Origin: Vulcanimicrobiota bacterium
Lineage (GTDB): Bacteria; Vulcanimicrobiota; Xenobia; Xenobiales; JADMJV01
Assembly (NCBI GenBank): GCA_050250895.1
Contig: JBFWNU010000004.1
Span: forward strand, 174,924 to 238,923
Direction of reading: 5' to 3'
Length of the DNA stretch: 64,000 bases
How positions within the stretch are numbered: the first letter of the stretch is position 1; every line of letters starts with the position of its first letter. The notes under the pieces were generated by a model. It worked only from the letters and a program-made list of their open reading frames with translations, made no database searches and was not told the origin of the DNA. The translations under genes and the position numbers were made by a program. Of the stretch, positions 50,373 to 59,237 are shown piece after piece.

Positions 50373-52742
50373 AGGGCCTAGAGCCGGCAAGCGAATCGAG
50401 AAGCAGGTCCCTTTGTCTTCTTCGGACTCGACCTGGATCTGGCCGCCGTGCTGTTCGACGATTTCGAGGCTCACCGACAGGCCCAGTCCGGTCCCCTGAC
50501 CAACCGGTTTGGTGGTAAAGAACGGGTCGAAGATCAGCTCTTTTTGATGGGGAGCGATGCCCCGTCCCCGATCCTCGACCACGATCAACACCCAGCGCCC
50601 CTCGGCACGAGCCGAGATCTTCACTTTGCGCCGCTCCGGGGGCAGGTCGCTGCAGGCGTCGATGGCATTGAGCAACAGGTTCATGACCACCTGCTGCAGT
50701 TCGCTGGACTTGCCCCTCACCAGGGGAACCTCGTCGAGGTCGGTGGCAAGGTCCACCTGGCTTCGCTTGAAACGATGCTCGAGAAAGAGCAGAGCATCAC
50801 GGATCACCTCGGCCACCGACAGCTCGATGGCATTCTGATCGCCGCTGCGGCGAGAGTAGACCAGCAAACGATCGACTAGAGACTGGAGTTTGTGAGCGGC
50901 CTTCTGAGCCAGGTGGAGTTTCATCATAGCCTGGTCGGGGCGGCTCTCGAGCTGAACCTCGGCCGCGTCCAGTGACAGCGAAATGGCCCCCAGCGGGGTA
51001 TTGAGTTCGTGGGCGATGCCGGCGACCATGGTGCCCACCGCGTTCATCTTGCTGCTCTGGACCAGTTGGGCCTGTTTGGCCTCGAGTTCGGCTCGGGCGG
51101 CCACCACGGCGCGATAATTCTCGGCGTTGGCCAGGGTGATAGCCGTCTGGCAGGCGATGGTGAAGAGAAGGTCAGCGTGCTCGGCGGTGTAGTTGGCCTC
51201 ACCCACCGACCCCACCGCCAGGATGCCCTGAACTCCCCGGTCGGTGACGAGGGGAGCCACCAGCACCGAGTTTCCCTTGCCCAGCTTGGGCAGCGAACGA
51301 GCCTCCCCGCCAGCCGTGGCCTCGAACATCGCCCGCCGCTCCTCGGCCGCAAAGCGACGCTCGCCCCATTCCCACTCCAGGCCCGACCCGCTCACCAACA
51401 GGCAACCGAAGTCGTGATGGATGGTATCGCGCAAGAGTCGCTGAAGCGCCAGCGAGATATACTCGGGCTGCAGCGACGAGGTGATGGCGCGCGAGCCCTC
51501 CATCAAGTGGGCCAGCAGGGTGAAGCGCTCTTGCAAGGCGTGATGCACCCCACGCTTGGCCTGCTCGCGCAGGCTGGCCTCGAGGGCCAGACTGGCCTTG
51601 CCCACTAACCAGTGCAGGTCCTTGACCTCCTGGTCCGAGTAGTCCGATTTGCGACGCCCCAGATAGAGAAAGCCGAACTCACCCAGAGGTAGGCAGACGC
51701 AGGCTCGTTCGTTAGCGAAAAACAGTCCGTTCTTGTTCTCGCCCAGCAAGAAGCGAACCGGTCGGCGCACCCGCATACAGTCCTGGACGCAGCGCATCGA
51801 AGCGAACTCGGTCGGCACCGGATAGTCAGAACGACTGCGCACCGTCTCGAAGTGCCCGGAGCGCTCCATCAGGATGACGACGGTGCGACTCGGGCTGATC
51901 TCGTGAGCGGTGGCCAGGATGGCGTCAAACGTCTCGTCGAGGGTCGGTTGCGAGGCCAGGTGACGGGCAAATCCCTCGAGGATCTTGCGTTGCTTGGCGG
52001 CCAGGGTCAGTTCTTCGCGCACCCGGCTGGCCTCTTCTTCGGCCCGGGCCCGGCCGCGCTCTTCGGCGCTGAGGCGGTCGATGGCGGCCGTGGCGTCTTG
52101 GGCCAGCACCCGAAAGGCCACGTTCTCGAGGCCGCGGTGCAGCATCAATAAGGCCGGCAGCAGAGCCAGAGCATACCAGGGGTTGGGCTCGAGCACGGCC
52201 AGCACCCCTACCACCGCCGGGGCGCAAGCCAGTCGAAGATTGTTGGCCCAGCGCCGCAAGCGGTTCCAATCCTCGAAATCGTCGCTGCGACGCAGCCACT
52301 CGGGGGCCACGCCCAGCCACTCCCACAGGCCGGCATAGACGGCCCCGCCCAACAAAGCCGAAAGCGCCGGGGGCCATGATAGCCCGAGGGCCGACGGTAC
52401 GGCGATGGCGGCGATGGCCAGCAGAGCGACCACCAGTTCAAACAGAACGCCGGCCTGCTGACGGGTGGTCGGCGGGCGCAGGATGACCCGGGCGATCAGG
52501 CCCAGGGCAACAATGAAAGCAGCCGCCGGGGTGCCCACCGAGACCAGCGCCGCACCCGCCAGAAAGAACACCGGCGCGGTCGAGAAAAAGCCGTAGCGAG
52601 CCAGCGGGACCGCCTGCCATTCGAGCACGATACAAGCCAGCGCTAGCACCGCCAGCGCCGCGCCGACCTCGGGTCGAGGCCCGAGGAACAGGTCCAGGCC
52701 GAACAGCAGGGCGGCCGCGATGGTTAGACGATTCCTTGTCAT
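50349..52742 (-). CDS. Membrane-bound GAF-domain sensor histidine kinase
   Basis: N-terminal TMs, GAF-like regions, H-box AGIAHELNTPL, N-box NLLLNAIDA, DRGRGI, FDPFFTTK..GQGTGLGL. Confidence 0.92.
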   Translation of the reverse strand: MTRNRLTIAAALLFGLDLFLGPRPEVGAALAVLALACIVLEWQAVPLARYGFFSTAPVFFLAGAALVSVGTPAAAFIVALGLIARVILRPPTTRQQAGVLFELVVALLAIAAIAVPSALGLSWPPALSALLGGAVYAGLWEWLGVAPEWLRRSDDFEDWNRLRRWANNLRLACAPAVVGVLAVLEPNPWYALALLPALLMLHRGLENVAFRVLAQDATAAIDRLSAEERGRARAEEEASRVREELTLAAKQRKILEGFARHLASQPTLDETFDAILATAHEISPSRTVVILMERSGHFETVRSRSDYPVPTEFASMRCVQDCMRVRRPVRFLLGENKNGLFFANERACVCLPLGEFGFLYLGRRKSDYSDQEVKDLHWLVGKASLALEASLREQAKRGVHHALQERFTLLAHLMEGSRAITSSLQPEYISLALQRLLRDTIHHDFGCLLVSGSGLEWEWGERRFAAEERRAMFEATAGGEARSLPKLGKGNSVLVAPLVTDRGVQGILAVGSVGEANYTAEHADLLFTIACQTAITLANAENYRAVVAARAELEAKQAQLVQSSKMNAVGTMVAGIAHELNTPLGAISLSLDAAEVQLESRPDQAMMKLHLAQKAAHKLQSLVDRLLVYSRRSGDQNAIELSVAEVIRDALLFLEHRFKRSQVDLATDLDEVPLVRGKSSELQQVVMNLLLNAIDACSDLPPERRKVKISARAEGRWVLIVVEDRGRGIAPHQKELIFDPFFTTKPVGQGTGLGLSVSLEIVEQHGGQIQVESEEDKGTCFSIRLPALGPSDRAGSG

Positions 52743-52797
52743 CGCAGGCTCAAACGTGGCCCCAACCTGTCGATAGACAAAAAGAACGGAGGTTGCC

Positions 52798-53688
52798 GTG
52801 GCCGACCAGAACACGGGAGCTGTCGCTCGGGAAACTCACTATCGTGTGCTTCACCGGGACCGACCGGCTCCCTTCTCGCAACTTTTCCAGTGGAAGGAGG
52901 AGCTTGCTAGCTTCTTTAATTCGGAAGGTGTGGTGGAACAAGAGCTATGGAGGGACCGTATTGGTCAACGTTGGGATGCCGCGCGCCCCAACTGGCGGCT
53001 CACCCCACCTAGCATGGTGCTGGGTTTTCCGGGACCGTGCTCATACCTCAAAGGCTTGTTCTGGCGCCTGGTCATCATCGAACACACCGAGCTCGACCTG
53101 CTGCTCGAACTCGGCGGCCAACGCTTCGGCACCACCTTCTGTGTGCCGGCCTGCCACGGTTGCTCGGCTTGCTCGGCCGCCCGAATCCCGGTGGAACGCT
53201 TCGAGATGCGGCGCTCGCAGCGGCGCACCTGGCGGCGCAACCAGGACCTGGAGGTCGAAATCGGACCGGTAGTCTATACGCCCGAGAAGTTCGAGCTCAT
53301 GAAGACCTTTCTGCATCGCCGCTTCGGCAACCACCTGGCTCATCTGCTCGAGGACTCCAAACGCGAGGCGTTCTATCGCAACTGGATGCTCTATCGCTAC
53401 GGTGGCACTCTCGAGTTTCGCTACCGCCTCAACGGCCGATTAGTGGCCGTTGGCAGCCTGGATCACTCGGCCCGCAACGCCTATTCGCACTATTTTTTCT
53501 ACGACCCCGACGAGCAACGGCGCCGACTGGGCATCTACAGCTTTCTCTTTGAACTTGACTGGTGTCGCCGCCAGGGCCTCGAACATCTTTACATCGGATT
53601 CTACAACGAGCGCTCGCCCTCGATGCGCTACAAAAACGAGCTGCAACCCCTACAGTTGCTCCACCCTCAGCGCGGATGGGAAGGATAA
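52798..53688 (+). CDS. Arginyl-tRNA-protein transferase-like (Ate/Bpt family) aminoacyl transferase
   Basis: PCSYL, P.C.GC.AC...RIPV..F...RSQRR.WRRNQDL, YFFYDPD....LGIYS, LYIGFY....MRYK. Start uncertain. Confidence 0.85.
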   Translation: MADQNTGAVARETHYRVLHRDRPAPFSQLFQWKEELASFFNSEGVVEQELWRDRIGQRWDAARPNWRLTPPSMVLGFPGPCSYLKGLFWRLVIIEHTELDLLLELGGQRFGTTFCVPACHGCSACSAARIPVERFEMRRSQRRTWRRNQDLEVEIGPVVYTPEKFELMKTFLHRRFGNHLAHLLEDSKREAFYRNWMLYRYGGTLEFRYRLNGRLVAVGSLDHSARNAYSHYFFYDPDEQRRRLGIYSFLFELDWCRRQGLEHLYIGFYNERSPSMRYKNELQPLQLLHPQRGWEG

Positions 53689-54491
53689 GACGCCTGGTGC
53701 TGACCTTGCTGGCCGCCGGCGCCCTGGGCTACGGCGGCCTTTGTTGGCTCGTCTACGCCCGGCAGGACGCCCTGATCTTCTTTCCTGATCGGCACCTGAG
53801 CGCCGACCCCTCCCGTCTGGGCCTGACCTACGAAGAGTTCGAATTGGCCAGCGGCCCGTCAGCCACCGTCCACGGCTGGGTGGTGCGGACCGAGCCCTCG
53901 GCCCCCTGGATCCTCCATTGTCACGGCAACGGCGGCAACATCAGCGGACGCATCGACGAACTGGCCGTCTTTCACCAACTGGGCCTCAACGCGGTGGTGT
54001 TCGACTATCGCGGCTACGGCAAAAGTAGCGGGCAACCGAGTGAGCAGGGCATCACCGACGATGCCGAGGCGGTTCGCAACTATCTGGTCGACCAACTGAA
54101 AGCCGAGAAGCTGGTCTATTTCGGCGAGTCGCTGGGGGGCGGGGTGGCTTGCGCCCTGGCCGAGCGCCATCCACCCGCAGGCCTGATTCTCAAATCGACC
54201 TTTACCTCGGTACCGGATGTGGCCGCCGAGGTCTATCCCTTTCTGCCGGTCCGATGGCTGGCCAGGGTGCGCTTTCCTTCTCGCCAGCGAGTGGCTCGAT
54301 TTCCCTTCCCCAAGCTCATTTTGCACGGCGACCCCGACGAGGTGATCCCCTTTCATCATGGACGCGACCTGTTCGAAGCGGCCGCCGAACCCAAGCAGTT
54401 CGTTCAGATCGGCCCGGGCCACAACACTCCTCCCGACCAACTGGGAGAGGACTACCTGCGCGCTGTGAGCGAGTTTTGCCAGGCCTTGTGA
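53676..54491 (+). CDS. Alpha/beta hydrolase (ABHD13/Bem46-like) with N-terminal TM
   Basis: HGNGGNI, DYRGYGKS.G.PSE.G, GESLGG, HGDPDEVIP, GHN. Confidence 0.9.
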   Translation: MGRIRRLVLTLLAAGALGYGGLCWLVYARQDALIFFPDRHLSADPSRLGLTYEEFELASGPSATVHGWVVRTEPSAPWILHCHGNGGNISGRIDELAVFHQLGLNAVVFDYRGYGKSSGQPSEQGITDDAEAVRNYLVDQLKAEKLVYFGESLGGGVACALAERHPPAGLILKSTFTSVPDVAAEVYPFLPVRWLARVRFPSRQRVARFPFPKLILHGDPDEVIPFHHGRDLFEAAAEPKQFVQIGPGHNTPPDQLGEDYLRAVSEFCQAL

Positions 54492-55171
54492 ACCCCGAAT
54501 CCAAGACCTCCGAAGTCTGGGTCTCGGCGGCGGGCGCCATCGTGCTGGTGCTGGTTCTTTTCGCCTTCCGTTCCGAGGTCGGGCCAGTTCTCCACTCGCT
54601 AGAAGCCTGGGTGGCTCGGGCAGGCCCCTTCGGCCCGCTGCTGTTTCTGGTGGTCTACGCCGTCTGGGCCACCCTTTGCCTACCCGGCCCGGTGATGCTG
54701 GCGGCCGCTGGCACGCTCTTTGTCGCTCACCCGCTGGTGGCCATCCTCTGCATCTGGCTGGGCGACGCCGTGGCCCAAGCGGCGGCCTTCCTGGTGGCCC
54801 GCCGCTGGGCGCGCCAGGCCATCGAAGCCCGACTGGGCGACCAACCGTGGTTCACCTGGCTGCAAGCCCAGATCGAAAGGCAGGGTGTCCGGGCCGTCTT
54901 TACCGTGCGTCTCATGCCGTTCTTCCCAAACTCGTTGGCCAACTACGCCTTCGGCCTGACACCGATCGCCTTCTGGCCTTATCTGGCCGCTTCGGCGGCG
55001 GGCTCCCTGCCCAACACGGCCCTCTATGTCGGTGGGGCCGCCGGGGTGGTCCACCTGGTCAAGAACCCGGTCTGGGAGCATGACGTCTTGATCGCCCTGG
55101 GGATCACCCTGACCGTTTCGGCCTTCACGTATCTGACGGTGCGCCGGCGACGAGACGTCAGCTCAGCTTGA
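54488..55171 (+). CDS. TVP38/TMEM64 (VTT/DedA-like) membrane protein
   Basis: LPG..M..AAGTLF, AFLVAR, RLMPFFP....NYAFGLT. Start GTG 54488 overlaps the upstream stop. Confidence 0.88.
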   Translation: MNPESKTSEVWVSAAGAIVLVLVLFAFRSEVGPVLHSLEAWVARAGPFGPLLFLVVYAVWATLCLPGPVMLAAAGTLFVAHPLVAILCIWLGDAVAQAAAFLVARRWARQAIEARLGDQPWFTWLQAQIERQGVRAVFTVRLMPFFPNSLANYAFGLTPIAFWPYLAASAAGSLPNTALYVGGAAGVVHLVKNPVWEHDVLIALGITLTVSAFTYLTVRRRRDVSSA

Positions 55172-56324
55172 TGCGGCGCACCGGCTCTTTGTCGCGCGGG
55201 TCGAGGGCCGCTTCACGCAGCGCTTTGCCCACCTCCATGTCGGCCTCGGGATTGGTCCCCACGGCATCGGCATCCAGGGCGGCCCCGTCAGGGCGGGCAC
55301 TGACGTGCTGGCGGCAGATGGCCAGATAAGCAAGGCGAATCAGATTGGGATGGTCGCTGGCTTTGAAGCGGGATTTAAAGTACAGACACATTCCCGCGGC
55401 ATAGCCGATGGGCCACATCAAGGGTGTCTTGTTCCAACCCTCCATGCCTTTGACGAAGGCCGGGTCCTTGGTCATCGTCTGGTGCAGCTGGCCCAGAAAG
55501 CCGCTCTGGACCTCGTCTTCGAGGCTCTCCATCACGCCCGAGGTCTCGAGCGTCAGGTGGGCCGCTTTGAGCGCCTGCAGCTTGGTCTCGTGCAACTCGC
55601 TCGGGGTGTCGGTGCGTTTGGGAGCGACCTCCCGCAGCTTGTCCCAATAGATGGTATTGACGTGCTTTAACACTTCCTCGGCGGTGTTGTTGGATACACC
55701 CAGTCGCTCAGCCAGGGTTTCGTAGAAGCGCTCCTCTTCGACTCCGAAACGGCCGTCGGCCAGGGCCACCACCAGGCTCAGCACCAGAGTCGGCTGGACC
55801 AGCTCGCCGTCGGCCTTGATGAAGGCGATCTCGTTGGCCAGGGTGGCCAGCAGGGCCTCGGTATCCTCGGCCGCCCGGCGGACTTCCCAGGCTTTGCGCA
55901 TCTGCTGCCGGGCCGACTGAGAGGGAACCAGACGCGAGGCGGCCTTTTCCATCAGTTCGAGCTTGGGTGTGACCGCGTCTTCCGGACCGACATAGGCCAT
56001 GGCACAGCCCACTTCCCAGAACGGGACCAGATGCTTGGCCGAATCCTCGGCGATGGCCACGCGCAGGTTTCGTTCCAGCGTTCCAATGTCGTCGTCGGCC
56101 GAGAAGCCCAACGACCATCGCTTGGACATCCACTCGATCACGGCCCGCTCGATGGCTTCCTCGTCGGCACTCTTGCACCCGACCACCTTGCCCATCCAGC
56201 TCATTAGTCTGGCCACCAGTGCGTCGGTGGTAGCCAGTTTTTGCAGTTCCCTGTCTTCCAGACCTGCCAAGCCCCCCAGGGTGCGAAGTTCGGCCGGTTG
56301 CATCAGTCGTAAACCCGTTAACAT
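55158..56324 (-). CDS. TerB-like domain protein
   Basis: VALADGRFGVEEERFYETLAERLGV matches the TerB ADG....E motif. Confidence 0.65.
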   Translation of the reverse strand: MLTGLRLMQPAELRTLGGLAGLEDRELQKLATTDALVARLMSWMGKVVGCKSADEEAIERAVIEWMSKRWSLGFSADDDIGTLERNLRVAIAEDSAKHLVPFWEVGCAMAYVGPEDAVTPKLELMEKAASRLVPSQSARQQMRKAWEVRRAAEDTEALLATLANEIAFIKADGELVQPTLVLSLVVALADGRFGVEEERFYETLAERLGVSNNTAEEVLKHVNTIYWDKLREVAPKRTDTPSELHETKLQALKAAHLTLETSGVMESLEDEVQSGFLGQLHQTMTKDPAFVKGMEGWNKTPLMWPIGYAAGMCLYFKSRFKASDHPNLIRLAYLAICRQHVSARPDGAALDADAVGTNPEADMEVGKALREAALDPRDKEPVRRIKLS

Positions 56325-56414
56325 GCGGCTTGCTTAGCCTTCCAATCGGGAACTCCTCTAGAGAGGGAGGATACTGAACTCGAGAGACCGGGTGGGGCAC
56401 GGCGCCGGCCGGAT

Positions 56415-57053
56415 TCAATCCTGGCGAACGGGCACTTCTCGCTCGCCCACTTTGAGTCGGTCTTCTTCGCGGCTGAGTTCGCGGCTGGTGGGCTTTTGCA
56501 AGGCCGTAACCAGTCGTTCGACCTCGGCTTGCGCGTCGACCACCGGGGCGGCTGGGGCCAGGGGGATCGGCTCGGGCCCGGGGTTGTGCTGGCCCGGATC
56601 CTGCTCGAGGTCAGAGAGGAACTTCTTGACGGCGGCGGCACCCTGGCGCTGGTCGATGACCTCCCCGGTGGTGGGACAAAAGGAAAGCAACTGATGCTCG
56701 AGGTGCAGGCCGCCCGGCGAACGGATGAGTGTGGCATAGTGATGAATCACGGTTCGCTGGCGTGAAAACGGCCAGAACCCACCCTCCTGACGCTCGACGA
56801 ACTGCTCGCGCAGCAAAAGGTTACCGCCACCGGCGGGGTCGGGCCGGGTGGAGAACACCTCGATACGGTCCTCGGTGTTGGGGTCGTTGTCAACGTGGCT
56901 GCCCATGAAGATGTCGGCGCTGACAAAGTCGGCCTCAAAGGGGGTGGTCGCGGGACCGGGAGAGCGCAGGACTCTCCACCCTTTTTCGGCCATCACCTGG
57001 CCTTTGGCCTGTTGATAGCGAACCAGAGAGTCACCGGGCGTAAGGACCTTCAT
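56415..57053 (-). CDS. Hypothetical protein
   Basis: Only plausible long ORF in the gap; no recognised motif. Confidence 0.6.
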   Translation of the reverse strand: MKVLTPGDSLVRYQQAKGQVMAEKGWRVLRSPGPATTPFEADFVSADIFMGSHVDNDPNTEDRIEVFSTRPDPAGGGNLLLREQFVERQEGGFWPFSRQRTVIHHYATLIRSPGGLHLEHQLLSFCPTTGEVIDQRQGAAAVKKFLSDLEQDPGQHNPGPEPIPLAPAAPVVDAQAEVERLVTALQKPTSRELSREEDRLKVGEREVPVRQD

Positions 57054-57132
57054 GCTATCAGACTAGACAATCGGGCTGAAAACACCCTGAACGCCGCGGA
57101 GGAAGCCTCAGCCGGGCGCGGAAAGCCAGGGC

Positions 57133-57783
57133 GTGACCAGACGCCTGTTGTTGTTGTGGCTTGTGACCCTGTCGTTGGCCCATGCCGAGCCGCGCAAAGA
57201 GTTCTTCATGGCGGTCCAACAGGGCCAGACCGAAAAGGCAGAGCGCCTGCTGGCGATTCATCCCGAGTTTCTCGAAGCCCAGCTTTTTGACGGCTTGCAT
57301 CCACTCTTTCAAGCCTCTCACCTGGATCGGCTCGAGATGGTCAACCTGCTGTTGGCCCGCGGGGCCAGGGTGAATGCCACTACCCGGCGCGGCAGCACGG
57401 CTCTGCATGCTGCCGCCAACCGAGGGAGCGAAACCATTCTGGCTCTATTGCTCGAGAACGGGGCCGATCCAAACCTCAGAAACGGGCGCGGTCAGACGCC
57501 GCTGGTAGTGGCCGTCAACCGCCGCCACCTCGCGATTGTTCAACAGTTGCTGGTCCACCACGCCGACCCCAACCTGGCCGACCAGAACGGACGCACTCCG
57601 CTTCATCAGGCCGCCGGCCTCGGCGAGCCCAAACTGGTCCAACTGTTGGTTGAAGCCGGGGCCGCGGTCAACCCCGAAGACAACCAGGGCCACACGCCGC
57701 TCGGACTGACCCGGCTGCTCAAAAACAACTCCTGGGGCGACGTGGGCGGATATCTCGAGGGCCAGGGGGGCCTGGACCACTAG
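57133..57783 (+). CDS. Secreted ankyrin repeat protein
   Basis: Signal peptide ending AHA; G.T[AP]LH.AA...LL..GAD.N repeats. Confidence 0.9.
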   Translation: MTRRLLLLWLVTLSLAHAEPRKEFFMAVQQGQTEKAERLLAIHPEFLEAQLFDGLHPLFQASHLDRLEMVNLLLARGARVNATTRRGSTALHAAANRGSETILALLLENGADPNLRNGRGQTPLVVAVNRRHLAIVQQLLVHHADPNLADQNGRTPLHQAAGLGEPKLVQLLVEAGAAVNPEDNQGHTPLGLTRLLKNNSWGDVGGYLEGQGGLDH

Positions 57784-57815
57784 CATCGAATCTCTCCCCC
57801 GAGAGGCTGGTGAAC

Positions 57816-58397
57816 ATGGTGAGACTACGTAATACGCTTCTACTGGTCGTGATCGGCATGCTGGTCGGCTGTGGCGGCAAAACGACCTTCGAAGGAGCCG
57901 AGTTGCACGAGGCGATTCGCAACAACCATGACCATCTCTATGGCCAGTTGCTCAAAGAGCACCCCGATTGGGTCCAGTCGACCGACCCCGATGGAAACAC
58001 GCCGCTGCATGTGGCTTGCGAGCGAGACGATCTCGAGGCGGTGAGCGCTCTCTTGAGTGCCGGGGCCGACCCCAAAGCCGCCAACAATCAGGGAGACACC
58101 CCTTTACATCTGGCCGCGCGCGCCATCGCCAACCCCGCCGGGGGCGAGCCTGGGGCCAGCGAACAAGAAAGGATTCAGGCACAGACCATGGCCAAAGGCA
58201 CCGGGATCGAGGGCAAGATCAACGCCAAAAGGGCCCTGGACCAGTCAGGTATTCTCACGCGTCTAATCAAGAAAGGCGCCGACCCCCAGGCCAAAAATCA
58301 AGCCGGCCAGACCCCTGTGGATATTCTGGGCAAGGATCGCTTCGCCAGCGTCATGGATGAAGTCGAGCATCCCGGTCGCGATCTGCCCGAATTTTAG
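57816..58397 (+). CDS. Ankyrin repeat lipoprotein
   Basis: Lipobox LVGC; GNTPLHVA, GDTPLHLA, GQTPVD. Confidence 0.88.
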   Translation: MVRLRNTLLLVVIGMLVGCGGKTTFEGAELHEAIRNNHDHLYGQLLKEHPDWVQSTDPDGNTPLHVACERDDLEAVSALLSAGADPKAANNQGDTPLHLAARAIANPAGGEPGASEQERIQAQTMAKGTGIEGKINAKRALDQSGILTRLIKKGADPQAKNQAGQTPVDILGKDRFASVMDEVEHPGRDLPEF

Positions 58398-58430
58398 CTT
58401 GATTTCAGCTCTGCCCTCTAACCTCAGGAT

Positions 58431-59237
58431 GTGCAGATCCGTGGTTGGTCAAGATTCTTCTTTGGACGCGCCGATGTCGAGCCGAGCCCGCCGGCAAAGT
58501 CGCTCGAGGCAACCCTCATGCCCACCGACCTCGAGTCCTACCAGGCCCGTGAACTGCTAGACGTTTCTTCGCTCACCGTCGGCGACAGAACGCGCCTGAG
58601 CGAGAACCTGGCCCACTACAACCACCAACTCGACCAGCCCGTGCTCCACCCCTGGGACCTCATGGACACCTCCACCCCCCGCAGCCGTTGGCATCACAAG
58701 CTCCAGCGAGACCTTTCGTCGCCCTACACCGACCGGGAGGCAACCGAAAAGCTCGCCGAGCTCGAGGCCGAACTCGAGACCTTGATGCGGGCTCAAAAAC
58801 CCTTTCCCAGTCGTTTGTTCGTAACCGGAGGCATCACTCGCGGTCGCTTCGGCGCCAACTCGGATCTTGACCTGGTGGGAGAGGGCCTGCTGGCGGAGGC
58901 CACTTGCCGGCGCCTGGCCCGGTTTCCGGGCTGGTCGGCCAGTCGCGTCGTCGCCCCCGACGGCAGCACCGTCAAGCAAACGGTCAGCTCACCGAACGGC
59001 CTGCATGCAGACTTCTTGAGGACCCCCCACTTCAGCCAGTTGAGCCAATGGTACGGCTCGAGCGTGCCTCTCGCGGAGCCTCGCCTCGAGCCCATCCTGA
59101 CCAAAGCCCTCGAGGCCAAGGGCTATCAGGTGCAGGGCGAGCGACTCTCGGCCGGCGGTTCGATCCAAAGACCCGTGGAGCCGACGCTTGATTATCCCCT
59201 CAACTTTGGCCCCGGCCATCAGATCGTGGAGTATTAG
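58431..59237 (+). CDS. Protein with Pol-beta-like nucleotidyltransferase motif
   Basis: LFVTGGITRGRFGANSDLDLV (hG[GS]..RG.....SDhDh) and a later HADFL third acidic residue. Confidence 0.65.
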   Translation: MQIRGWSRFFFGRADVEPSPPAKSLEATLMPTDLESYQARELLDVSSLTVGDRTRLSENLAHYNHQLDQPVLHPWDLMDTSTPRSRWHHKLQRDLSSPYTDREATEKLAELEAELETLMRAQKPFPSRLFVTGGITRGRFGANSDLDLVGEGLLAEATCRRLARFPGWSASRVVAPDGSTVKQTVSSPNGLHADFLRTPHFSQLSQWYGSSVPLAEPRLEPILTKALEAKGYQVQGERLSAGGSIQRPVEPTLDYPLNFGPGHQIVEY

